A DNA stretch of 32,000 nt from Candidatus Nitrosotenuis sp. (GCA_049276655.1 JBASWV010000010.1:61757-93756); one strand, 5' to 3'. Positions 1 through 8,141 are shown, counted from the first letter of the stretch. Notes: a model not told the origin generated them from the letters alone. Made by a program: numbers and translations.

Positions 1-2000
1 ACAGGCAGATGACAATCGTTCAGGCAAACGTAACACTACTCTTTGAAAAGGCAGGCCAAGAATATGTCGTAAACATGATAGACACGCCAGGACACATCGA
101 CTTTACCGGGCGTGTGACGCGAAGCCTCAGGGCAATCGATGGCGCAGTCGTGGTATCGGACTCTGTAGAGGGAATCATGACCCAGACGGAAACCGTCACA
201 AGGCAGGCACTGGAAGAAAGGGTAAGGCCGGTTTTGTACATCAACAAAATCGACCGACTCATAAAGGAGCTGAGGCTGACTCCTGAAAAAATGCAAGAAT
301 GGCTTGCAAACATTATCACTACATTTAACGGTTTAATTGATACCTATGCCGAGCCGGAATACCGGGACAAGTGGAAGGTCTCCATCCAGGACGGCTCTGT
401 ATCGTTTGGCTCTGCAAAAGACAGGTGGGGCTTTAACATAGATATCATGAAGGAAAAAGGAATCTCGTTTAAGGACATTTATGCGGCATACCAAGAAGGC
501 GCAAACGTCGACGATCTTGCAAAAAAGGCTCCGCTTGCAGAAGCAGTCCTTGGAATGGTGGTAAAGCACCATCCGCCACCACACGTTGCGCAAAAATACA
601 GGATTCCAAAAATCTGGAAGGGGGACCTGGAATCCGATATCGGAAAGGCGATTTTAAACTGCGACGACAACGGCCCCGCAGTCATGATGATTGTAAACAT
701 GGCAATGGATCCAGCAGCTGGGCCTGTGGCAATTGGAAGGCTGTTTTCCGGAACGCTAAAGGACGGACAATCTGTGTATCTGATTGATACAAAACGAGAA
801 GGCAAGATCCAGTCTGTCAACTTTTTCATGGGAAACCAAAGAGAGATGGTGGGCGAACTTGGTGCCGGCAACATTCCTGCATTGCTGGGACTTACCGAAG
901 CCAGGGCTGGGCAGACGCTTTCGTCGGTAAAAGATGTTGCAATTTTTGAAGGAATCAAGTATGTCTCAGAGCCGGTGGTGCAGATTGCAGTCGAGGCAAA
1001 ACATCCAAAGGACCTGCCAAAACTTGTAGAGGCGCTGCGAAGACTTACAATCGAGGACCCGAACCTGGTAGTGAAAATCAACGAGGAAAGCGGCGAGACA
1101 GTCATTGCCGGAATGGGTGTTTTGCACTTGGAAATTGCAACATCGCTAATTGGCGATGCCGGAGTCCAAATAGTTACATCTCCACCACTCATCAACTATC
1201 GTGAGACGATCCAGGGCGAATCCGACGTCGTCATGTCGAAATCGCCAAACAGGCACAACAAGATATTCATGAAGGTAGAGCCACTAGAGCCAGAAATTGC
1301 AGAGATGGTGCGCAACGGGCAACTCTCAGAGATGAAGGACAAAAAAGAAATGGCCACTATTTTGCGATCAAAAGGATGGGACTCTGATGTTGCAAAAAGC
1401 GTAATGAGGTTCGATCCACGCGGAAATGTCTTGATAAACGGCACCAAGGGTGTCCAGTTCATCCAGGAATCGTCAGACTCTATTCTGTCCGGGTTTGAAG
1501 AAGTTATGAAGGAAGGCCCGCTGGCAAAGGAACAGGTGCGAAACTGCAAGTTCACATTTACGCATTTTGTGCCACACGAGGACCCTGCACACAGGGGACT
1601 GTCTCAGCTCAGCCCAGCATCAAGACGTGCATGCATGGGTGCAATGCTAAAGGCGCAGCCAATTCTGCTAGAGCCGATGCTTGGAATCGAGGTTCGGGTG
1701 CCGCAAGACATGATAGGAAACGTCGCAACGGTTCTCTCAGGAAAGCGCGGAAAGGTACTTGACATGCAGCAAAAAGGCGTGACCAGCATCGTTATCGGTG
1801 AGATACCTGCATCTGAAACATTTGATCTGTCCGAGGAGATGAGGGGTCAGACCGCAGGAAAGGCAATGTGGAACACCCATTTCAAGGCATGGACTCCGAT
1901 GCCAAAGTCCATCCAGGCGACGCTTACTGCCGAGATTAGAAAGAGAAAGGGACTTGCGCCAGAGCCGCCAACAGCTGACGAATTTATCGACAAAGAGTAA
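1..2000 (+). CDS. fusA: Translation elongation factor 2 (aEF-2), 5'-truncated by the window edge
   Basis: The frame is open from the window start. It carries the GTPase G3 motif DTPGHIDF, the G4 motif NKIDR, and the domain IV motif HEDPAHRG, whose His (codon 1590-1592) is the diphthamide site. The G1/P-loop is absent, so the true start lies upstream and the ATG at 9 is internal. Confidence 0.95.
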   Translation, partial: RQMTIVQANVTLLFEKAGQEYVVNMIDTPGHIDFTGRVTRSLRAIDGAVVVSDSVEGIMTQTETVTRQALEERVRPVLYINKIDRLIKELRLTPEKMQEWLANIITTFNGLIDTYAEPEYRDKWKVSIQDGSVSFGSAKDRWGFNIDIMKEKGISFKDIYAAYQEGANVDDLAKKAPLAEAVLGMVVKHHPPPHVAQKYRIPKIWKGDLESDIGKAILNCDDNGPAVMMIVNMAMDPAAGPVAIGRLFSGTLKDGQSVYLIDTKREGKIQSVNFFMGNQREMVGELGAGNIPALLGLTEARAGQTLSSVKDVAIFEGIKYVSEPVVQIAVEAKHPKDLPKLVEALRRLTIEDPNLVVKINEESGETVIAGMGVLHLEIATSLIGDAGVQIVTSPPLINYRETIQGESDVVMSKSPNRHNKIFMKVEPLEPEIAEMVRNGQLSEMKDKKEMATILRSKGWDSDVAKSVMRFDPRGNVLINGTKGVQFIQESSDSILSGFEEVMKEGPLAKEQVRNCKFTFTHFVPHEDPAHRGLSQLSPASRRACMGAMLKAQPILLEPMLGIEVRVPQDMIGNVATVLSGKRGKVLDMQQKGVTSIVIGEIPASETFDLSEEMRGQTAGKAMWNTHFKAWTPMPKSIQATLTAEIRKRKGLAPEPPTADEFIDKE

Positions 2001-2127
2001 AAAATGCATAGCCCCCCGCTTGGGCACAAAAATCTGACACTTTTTAGTCATAACTAAAACAGGATTTGGATCGAGATGATCAATAATTACATAAGGTTAT
2101 CATCATACCGTTAATTCTATAAGACAA

Positions 2128-2496
2128 TTAAATTCCGCTCATCATAACTGATTTCAGTTTCAAAATTTCGGCAATTATGGCCGAATGATCCGCTTCGATT
2201 TCGGTTGTCATGTAAATTATGTGTTTATCATCAAGTGGTATTGTTATACGTTTTATCTTCTCATATTCTGCCAGTGCATATTTACCAGCACCTATAGAAC
2301 CGGAAAACTTTGTTCGTAGTTTCCATGCATCTATTGCATGTCTTATCGATTCGCGCTCTTCTGATGGTGTTAGATAGTTAGTTACTCCCTCACGCTGGCC
2401 TCCAAACATCAGTCTGCCTTCGATATCAATGATGGTAACAAATCTTATTTTGGAATCAAGATTCATTATGTTTTCGTAAATATTTTTGTAATCCAT
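2128..2496 (-). CDS. Small Roadblock/LC7-like protein, paralog A (function unknown)
   Basis: 122-aa ORF. The N-terminal pattern D-x-K-I-R-F-V-T-I-I-D-x-E-G-R-L resembles Roadblock/MglB-type folds. It is clearly paralogous to 3791-4156, sharing an identical AEYEKIKRITIPL block, and more distantly to 16719-17093. Confidence 0.7.
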   Translation of the reverse strand: MDYKNIYENIMNLDSKIRFVTIIDIEGRLMFGGQREGVTNYLTPSEERESIRHAIDAWKLRTKFSGSIGAGKYALAEYEKIKRITIPLDDKHIIYMTTEIEADHSAIIAEILKLKSVMMSGI

Positions 2497-2500
2497 ACCT

Positions 2501-2650
2501 TCACTCTCTGATTGGAATCAACTCACATTTGCATTTGTTTCGTTTACCACAATATGGGCATGTGCAGTTACAAAACAATAATGGAGTTTGACAGTCTGGA
2601 CATTTGGTGTAATCTGCAAAATCTTCCCCCATTTTCTGGACTCCACACAT
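2501..2650 (-). CDS. Cys-rich zinc-ribbon micro-protein (49 aa)
   Basis: Hand translation: MCGVQKMGEDFADYTKCPDCQTPLLFCNCTCPYCGKRNKCKCELIPIRE. It has 10 Cys, including CxxC pairs. Its stop lies 4 nt upstream of the start of 2128-2496 on the same strand, which suggests an operon. It is below the ORF-track size cutoff. Confidence 0.5.
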   Translation of the reverse strand: MCGVQKMGEDFADYTKCPDCQTPLLFCNCTCPYCGKRNKCKCELIPIRE

Positions 2651-2751
2651 TATCATTAATAAAGAAATTTAAGGTGATTTATTAGAAATTTAAATATTTG
2701 TTTACTTATTTCGCATTCTTATTTAAATATGATTGTAAATATTGGAAATTG
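2651..2751. promoter_or_regulatory. AT-rich divergent promoter region with TATA-like boxes
   Basis: About 100 nt of very AT-rich sequence lies between divergent ORFs. It contains several TTTAAAT/ATTTAAATAT-type elements suitable as archaeal TATA boxes. No transcription start site can be assigned from sequence alone. Confidence 0.35.
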
Positions 2752-2868
2752 ATGGAACAAGACGTATTCCGATGCGAATGCCCTCCTGGCGCTCCAACAT
2801 ATGAGGATGAGGAAGGTATGCTCATCTGTGTTTCATGTGGTGGTTGGGTTAACCCTCTGGCCACTTAG
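2752..2868 (+). CDS. Stand-alone TFIIB-type zinc-ribbon micro-ORF (38 aa)
   Basis: Hand translation: MEQDVFRCECPPGAPTYEDEEGMLICVSCGGWVNPLAT. The pattern CxC...E-E-G-M-L-I-C-x-x-C-G-x-x-V mirrors the ribbon of the downstream TFB (CISC...SGEIVCSNCGLV). It ends 18 nt before the TFB ATG. Confidence 0.4.
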   Translation: MEQDVFRCECPPGAPTYEDEEGMLICVSCGGWVNPLAT

Positions 2869-2886
2869 AGTAACATCTATTGCGAT

Positions 2887-3798
2887 ATGGTTTATGATGT
2901 ATTGAAAAAAAGTACGCGTGACTCTTACTGCATTTCATGTTCACCCGTTACGGATCTTGATAGTGGCGAAATCGTGTGTAGCAATTGTGGGCTGGTGATG
3001 GTTGAAAGACTAGAAAGTCAATATAGAGAATGGCGGCCATTTGATGATGATTATAGAAGATACAGAGTGGGCCAGCCCAGCTCATCAGCATTTTCCAACG
3101 CGAGACTTTTTACCAATATTGGAAATGAAAATTGGGACTTTTCAGGAAAACCATTCTCATTTATCACAAAAGGAACTATGAATCGCTTAAGACTGTTTGA
3201 TACTAGAAGCAAAAATCATACCTCATCGGATAGGAATTTTTATAAAATGTATTACGAATTTGAAAAACTAAAACATAAGCTCACTATTTCCGATTCTGTT
3301 ATAGAAAATGCTGTATATCTATTTAGGAAAGCCACAAATAAGAAGTTGACTCGTGGCCGAAATATGTTGCTGATAGCTGCTTCGTGTTTGTATGCTGCAT
3401 GCAGAGAAAGTGAGACACCAAGAACACTTTATGATATAGCCGACGCCATAAATGTAAAGAAAACTGATGTCAGTGCATACCTAAGATTGCTAATACATGA
3501 ATTAGAGTTGACATTGCCAACAGTGAATTTGTATCAATGCATTGTACGAGTTGCAAACAATATGGGTATTTCTGAAAAAATAAAACGCCACGCCCTTGAA
3601 ATAATCCAAAAAGCAGAGCAAATCAATATGACTGCGGGTAAAGAACCAATGGGGCTTGCCGCTGCCGCAATTTATTTGGCGGGAATGAATATGGGTGAGA
3701 ATTATTCCCAAAAAACATTATGTGAAATTTCAAAAATTACTAGTGTAACGCTCAGAAATAGAAGCAGGGAATTAAGACAAAAGATTCTGTTTAACTAA
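2887..3798 (+). CDS. tfb: Transcription initiation factor IIB (TFB) paralog
   Basis: 303 aa. It has an N-terminal Cx2C-x13-Cx2C zinc ribbon followed by two cyclin-like repeats (LIAASCLYAACRE... and MGLAAAAIYLAGM...), which is the typical TFB/TFIIB architecture. Confidence 0.93.
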   Translation: MVYDVLKKSTRDSYCISCSPVTDLDSGEIVCSNCGLVMVERLESQYREWRPFDDDYRRYRVGQPSSSAFSNARLFTNIGNENWDFSGKPFSFITKGTMNRLRLFDTRSKNHTSSDRNFYKMYYEFEKLKHKLTISDSVIENAVYLFRKATNKKLTRGRNMLLIAASCLYAACRESETPRTLYDIADAINVKKTDVSAYLRLLIHELELTLPTVNLYQCIVRVANNMGISEKIKRHALEIIQKAEQINMTAGKEPMGLAAAAIYLAGMNMGENYSQKTLCEISKITSVTLRNRSRELRQKILFN

Positions 3799-4156
3799 AT
3801 TTCTGAAGAAGATCTAGGACTTTGGAGATAATTAGGTTGTGATTCGCAGTAACCTCTGTAGAAATTAACAGTAATTCAGTTTGATTTAATGGGATCGTTA
3901 TACGTTTTATCTTTTCATATTCTGCCATAGAGTATTTTCCATGACCAATGAATGTTGCAAGCGTACTGCGATTTTCCCATCTCATAATGGTGTGTATTGC
4001 AGATTTTGTTAGCTCTTCTGGAGGTAATAATGGCTCTAAACCGTCACGCATTCCACCACATAATTTATGCCCGCTTTTATGGTAGATTGCGACGTATCTT
4101 ATTTTAGGATCAATTTCGAAAATCGTATCACATAGGTTTTCAGAATCAGAGATCAT
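3791..4156 (-). CDS. Small Roadblock/LC7-like protein, paralog B
   Basis: 121 aa with the same architecture as 2128-2496 (IRYVAIYHKSGHKL..., identical AEYEKIKRITIPL). It overlaps the TFB 3' end convergently by 8 nt. Confidence 0.7.
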   Translation of the reverse strand: MISDSENLCDTIFEIDPKIRYVAIYHKSGHKLCGGMRDGLEPLLPPEELTKSAIHTIMRWENRSTLATFIGHGKYSMAEYEKIKRITIPLNQTELLLISTEVTANHNLIISKVLDLLQKFS

Positions 4157-4452
4157 AGCACAAGTTTTTCTTTATTGATTACTTTACCTGTAATGTTGTC
4201 GATTTCCACGACCATGCTCAACGTATCAGTTTCTACAATGACAGTTGTTGTGTTGGTCTCATTCATTCTTACTATCGATGTAACTTCATAATGCTTGAGT
4301 TCGTCAATCTCTAATGCGTCTCTGACGATTCGTAGTGCATCATTATCATTTTGTACTTTTGTTTGCATTTTGGTTGATCTTAAAATCAGATATGCTATTA
4401 TGGTCACCATTATGTAATATCCAACCCAAACCGGAATTTCCGTAAAGTCCAT
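4153..4452 (-). CDS. Membrane-anchored small protein, PepSY-like ectodomain (tentative)
   Basis: 99 aa with an N-terminal TM helix (IPVWVGYYIMVTIIAYLIL). The C-terminal part ends in VEIDNITGKVI, reminiscent of PepSY. ATGA start/stop overlap with 3791-4156 suggests translational coupling. Confidence 0.55.
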   Translation of the reverse strand: MDFTEIPVWVGYYIMVTIIAYLILRSTKMQTKVQNDNDALRIVRDALEIDELKHYEVTSIVRMNETNTTTVIVETDTLSMVVEIDNITGKVINKEKLVL

Positions 4453-4589
4453 CGTTGTTTATACGTTGTAAACTTATTTAAGAGAAACAATTATTTTTAT
4501 TAAAATTCGTTTAATAATAACAAAATTACTTTATAAAAAATCAAACATACGACAAATTTACTTAATATATGATTAACGCGTAAGTAACT

Positions 4590-4826
4590 GTGATGCAAGA
4601 ATTTGATCTGTTAAATGAAAAGAAAGTAGAAAAATTGGCAAAAAACCAATCGGATGTAGAACGGATTTTACCAAGATTGACGACGTATGAGATTTCCTTA
4701 CTCATAGAGAAGATAGACACAATGATAATTTCTTCACATTCAAAGAAAACAACTCTGGATTTGATAATCTTGAAAGATATTGTATTGAGGGAAAGACACC
4801 TGAGAAAAACATTGGAGGTAAGCTAA
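4590..4826 (+). CDS. Hypothetical protein
   Basis: 78-aa ORF with GTG at 4590 and ATG at 4593. It is the first gene after an AT-rich divergent promoter region and sits 6 nt upstream of the next ORF. No recognisable motif. Confidence 0.45.
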   Translation: MMQEFDLLNEKKVEKLAKNQSDVERILPRLTTYEISLLIEKIDTMIISSHSKKTTLDLIILKDIVLRERHLRKTLEVS

Positions 4827-4832
4827 AATCTA

Positions 4833-5081
4833 ATGAAAACCGGTTCTTGTTTATTTTGTCTAAATCGTAAACGCATCAGTGCTGATAAAAAGCAATGGCT
4901 TATTCACTTATCATCGCATAGAGAGAACATGATAAAATATCTGGTTGAGCAGTACCCGAGTTGTGTGTTATGCGTAAACTCTGAACCATTTGTAAACAAA
5001 TTGAATTTTGAAAGACACGTTCGTTGGGGGCACGATAAAAGGGCCGTGATCGAATGGACCTTTCAGAACATGATAAAATAG
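4833..5081 (+). CDS. Small protein with two C2H2-like zinc-finger motifs
   Basis: 82 aa. The motifs are CLFC-x15-H-x3-H and CVLC-x14-H-x4-H. Its 3' end overlaps the endonuclease V reading frame. Confidence 0.55.
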   Translation: MKTGSCLFCLNRKRISADKKQWLIHLSSHRENMIKYLVEQYPSCVLCVNSEPFVNKLNFERHVRWGHDKRAVIEWTFQNMIK

Positions 5082-5740
5082 GCAATGATCCATTGGAAAT
5101 AACGCATTTTGCTCTTAAACCTGAACAAATGACTCAAGATCCTATGATGCTGCAAGAAAAACTTGCAAGTAGAATAATTACGACGGATTCCTTTGGTTCT
5201 ATAAAAAAAGTATGTGGCGTGGATGTTTCTTACAAAGATAATGTAGCGTCGACTTGCGCAGTAATAGTTGATAGAAAAACTCTACAAATGATAGAATCTG
5301 TAAACGCCAAAACTAAAGTAAACCAGCCGTACCAGCCAGGTCTTTTATTCTTAAGAGAAGCAGAACCAGCATTTTCTGCATTACACTTGTTACAAAATGA
5401 TTATGACCTTTTATTAGTGGATGGCAATGGTCAGCTTCATCCTAGAAAGTGTGGTCTTGCATGCCATCTTGGATTATCGCTAGACAAACCAACCATAGGC
5501 GTGGCCAAAAGCCTTCTCTGTGGTAAAATAAAGAATAACCGCGTCATACTCGATAGCAAAATAATGGGGGCAGTCATAAAAAACAGGAAAAATGTCTTTG
5601 TCAGCGTTGGCCACAAAATCGGTCTCCGAAGCGCAACAAAAATTGTGCAAGAATTAATAAAAAAAGATCAGTGGTTGCCAGAACCATTGCGGCTGGCAGA
5701 CCATTATTCAAAAACTTGGAAAAACAAGAATGTGGTGTGA
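5054..5740 (+). CDS. nfi: Endonuclease V (deoxyinosine 3' endonuclease)
   Basis: Carries the conserved blocks CGVDVSY, PYQPGLLFLREAEP, LLLVDGNGQLHPRKCGLACHLGL and PTIGVAKSLL. The start is uncertain: ATG at 5054 or ATG at 5129 (MTQDPMM...). Confidence 0.88.
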   Translation: MDLSEHDKIGNDPLEITHFALKPEQMTQDPMMLQEKLASRIITTDSFGSIKKVCGVDVSYKDNVASTCAVIVDRKTLQMIESVNAKTKVNQPYQPGLLFLREAEPAFSALHLLQNDYDLLLVDGNGQLHPRKCGLACHLGLSLDKPTIGVAKSLLCGKIKNNRVILDSKIMGAVIKNRKNVFVSVGHKIGLRSATKIVQELIKKDQWLPEPLRLADHYSKTWKNKNVV

Positions 5741-5799
5741 TAGTTAAAACATCTGATCTGTTGGAAAACGTTTAAGGTCATAACTGAAAATATGTCTCT

Positions 5800-6240
5800 G
5801 TGAACGTTTTCATTATTGCAATTATTGGAATTGCAATAACATCTGTGATTGTTTTTGGTATTTTCATGATCGGTGAAAACCCAACAATACAATTTCCAAA
5901 AGAACATTATGAAATCAAGATTATCGGACTAAAAGACAGCTATTTTGTTGGAGAGCCATATTCATTTTCTTATGTATTGTCGGGGTTTGGAACTCCATGC
6001 GGAAGTAAAATGATCACATTTCCAATAAACAAGACCCATGCTGGTATGGAAGGCTCAAGTGCTTCTTGTCTAAAATCATTCCCAACAAACTTTGTTTTGG
6101 ACGTCAAGGAAACTTATGGTACGACATATGGGCATATTGCATTGCAAGAGACTGGAAACTATACCGTAAGGATTCAATTTGAAAAAGGAGATAACGGCCC
6201 AACGGTCACGGAAAAAACTTTCATGGTAATTAATCCATGA
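5800..6240 (+). CDS. Membrane-anchored hypothetical protein
   Basis: 146 aa with a GTG start. It has an N-terminal TM helix (VFIIAIIGIAITSVIVFGIFMIG) followed by a beta-rich ectodomain. No known motif. Confidence 0.55.
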   Translation: MNVFIIAIIGIAITSVIVFGIFMIGENPTIQFPKEHYEIKIIGLKDSYFVGEPYSFSYVLSGFGTPCGSKMITFPINKTHAGMEGSSASCLKSFPTNFVLDVKETYGTTYGHIALQETGNYTVRIQFEKGDNGPTVTEKTFMVINP

Positions 6241-6277
6241 CACTTAGGTCATCAAAACCACTTTAGTGTAAAATTTC

Positions 6278-7009
6278 TCAAAGGCTACGGACGCCGTTCA
6301 TGTTGATGTTCTGTTTTACCATCCTCAATTTAATATCGGAAAATCCTTCTTCTTCGAACCATTCCCGAACTTCATGGGCTGAAAAACTCCAATTATATTT
6401 TGGATTAAATGCGTCAAACCAACCATGAATATCGCCACCAAGTTCCACAGCTTTTTTCCTACATAACTCGACTTTCTCATCAAATGATAGTTTTTCCCAA
6501 AAAGCATGTTTTTCCACACATGAGGGCCCTCTAAATCCATCATAAAATCGATCATTTTCTTTATTGTAAACCATAATGTGTAACATTCCGCCTTTTTTCA
6601 CCTGTGATGCCACTTTTGAAAATCCCATTCTAGTATCTTCTAGATGATGCAAAACTCCCCACGATAACACAAAATCGTATTCTTGTTTGGCTTCTAAATT
6701 CATTATATCATATACATATGCGTTAAGATTAACGGTTCTACATCTGTTAATTGCTTCCTCACTTATGTCAAAACTATCTACTCTGGCAGCCTTTAGCTGC
6801 TGCATGGCATACGTCCATCTACCTGGTCCACACCCGGCATCTAAGCAAATCCTACCTTTGATAAAAGAATCTCTTTCATACCATTTTTTAATGCCGGTTA
6901 ACTCCAGAAATTCTTCGACTCGTTTTCTATTGTATTCGTATTGGTTTTTGTTATAGGTCAGGTATTCCTTACCCATTACATTTTTCCATTGCTCATCAAA
7001 ATCGGCCAA
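6278..7009 (-). CDS. Class I SAM-dependent methyltransferase
   Basis: 243 aa. SAM-binding motif I is LDAGCGPGRW, the acidic post-I motif is VDSFDIS, and the downstream block is FVLSWGVLHHL. Confidence 0.85.
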   Translation of the reverse strand: MADFDEQWKNVMGKEYLTYNKNQYEYNRKRVEEFLELTGIKKWYERDSFIKGRICLDAGCGPGRWTYAMQQLKAARVDSFDISEEAINRCRTVNLNAYVYDIMNLEAKQEYDFVLSWGVLHHLEDTRMGFSKVASQVKKGGMLHIMVYNKENDRFYDGFRGPSCVEKHAFWEKLSFDEKVELCRKKAVELGGDIHGWFDAFNPKYNWSFSAHEVREWFEEEGFSDIKLRMVKQNINMNGVRSL

Positions 7010-7179
7010 TGATTGGTCGGTACTATGCCTTCTATAAATTACTTAATCATCACAAAATTCCAAATATCGAGCTTCGATGGTATGTACTCTAACCTACTTT
7101 TTTGGTTAAACCATCTGCAAAAATTTGGAAAACGAGTATACTCTACACTAACTGCTTGTCATGAGTCTCTGTTCACGCC

Positions 7180-7290
7180 CTATGGTGTGAACAGTGAGAC
7201 CGCAAAGCCTACTAGAAAGCCAATCACCGCTGCAGCCATGACAAACATTGCTATGGTGTCTGTCTTTCTGCGCCTTAACTGTATGCTCAT
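7180..7290 (-). CDS. Possible tail-anchored micro-protein (36 aa)
   Basis: Hand translation: MSIQLRRRKTDTIAMFVMAAAVIGFLVGFAVSLFTP, a basic N-terminus followed by one TM helix. Support comes only from the ORF and its hydrophobicity pattern. Confidence 0.25.
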   Translation of the reverse strand: MSIQLRRRKTDTIAMFVMAAAVIGFLVGFAVSLFTP

Positions 7291-7383
7291 ACTACAAGTA
7301 TGTTTTTTAAAAATATAATATTGATTTTCGTAATTCTAAAAATATTTTTAATACCAAATTTTGGCTAGTATACAAATTTTTAA

Positions 7384-7560
7384 TCAGCTATTTATTGCGA
7401 TTTCATTATGTTCAGTCGAGTCAGCAGGAATGCTTTGCACATTCTTAGTGTTCTCTCTATCAATCGATGCCTGCTGGACACTTTCACCAACAACAAAACC
7501 AAAAATTCCAAAGCCACCAAGTACTAAAATCCCAATTAACAAATAGATAATCTTTTTCAT
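7384..7560 (-). CDS. Small membrane-anchored or secreted protein
   Basis: The internal ATG at 7560 gives MKKIIYLLIGILVLGGFGIFGFVVG..., a signal or anchor-like N-terminus. The longer ORF extending to 7608 adds an implausible leader. Confidence 0.5.
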   Translation of the reverse strand: MKKIIYLLIGILVLGGFGIFGFVVGESVQQASIDRENTKNVQSIPADSTEHNEIAINS

Positions 7561-7705
7561 CGATCTGCCTGATGCGTACTGATATTTAATGCCTAACAAT
7601 ATTCTCAAAGATTAATCCAATCGTTATCTGACAGAGGCGCAATCCGATACAAAACCGCCATTTTCACTCGGAAAAAATAATATCGTCACAATAACAAATC
7701 AAACA

Positions 7706-8125
7706 ATGTCCCAAAAGGTCTGGCTCGGCAGAATCTACCTGCGAGAAGAAGGCGGCTACGAGATAATCCTCAGAGCGTTGCACCACTACAAAAAAAGGCT
7801 CAAAAACATAGGGCGATCCCCCGAGCTAAAAGATGCGCCAATGTTTGCACAGCTAGTCCAGCACGAGGCAGGCAAAACGGGGCCGCTAATCGATCCCATA
7901 ATAAACAAAATAAAGGCAGGCCTGCAAAACCCCGAATCGCTAGAATCACTCCGGGCAGACATTCCTATCTTTGAAAAAGCCCTAAACTGCTACCAGTCAG
8001 ACATTCAAAAATCCCAGGCGAGTCAGGGCTCTTTTTATTCCGATCTCATATCTGACAAGAACGTAGCGGCATCAGATCTTGCAAAAATCAAAGACGCGCT
8101 AGGAAAAATAAACCAGTTCTCGTAA
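7706..8125 (+). CDS. Hypothetical protein
   Basis: 139-aa ORF at the higher GC level of the flanking core sequence. It is predicted to be helical, with no recognisable motif. Confidence 0.6.
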   Translation: MSQKVWLGRIYLREEGGYEIILRALHHYKKRLKNIGRSPELKDAPMFAQLVQHEAGKTGPLIDPIINKIKAGLQNPESLESLRADIPIFEKALNCYQSDIQKSQASQGSFYSDLISDKNVAASDLAKIKDALGKINQFS

Positions 8126-8141
8126 AATCAAACACTAAATT

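Noticed and set aside
20-2051. Multiple minus-strand and out-of-frame ORFs inside the EF-2 gene (for example 479-1195, 1196-1555, 1737-2051)
   Set aside because: They are antisense or shadow frames of a strongly supported conserved CDS. Their translations are Ser/Cys/Pro-rich with no motifs.
7013-7318. 101-aa plus-strand ORF
   Set aside because: The start-to-stop span crosses an AT-rich spacer and the sequence has poor coding character. A short minus-strand TM micro-ORF (7180-7290) is at least as plausible, and neither is strongly supported.
2050-7650. Calling the lower-GC block a mobile element or integrated provirus
   Set aside because: No integrase, transposase, tRNA attachment site, terminal repeats or viral hallmark genes are visible. 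Only the compositional shift is reported, as a finding.
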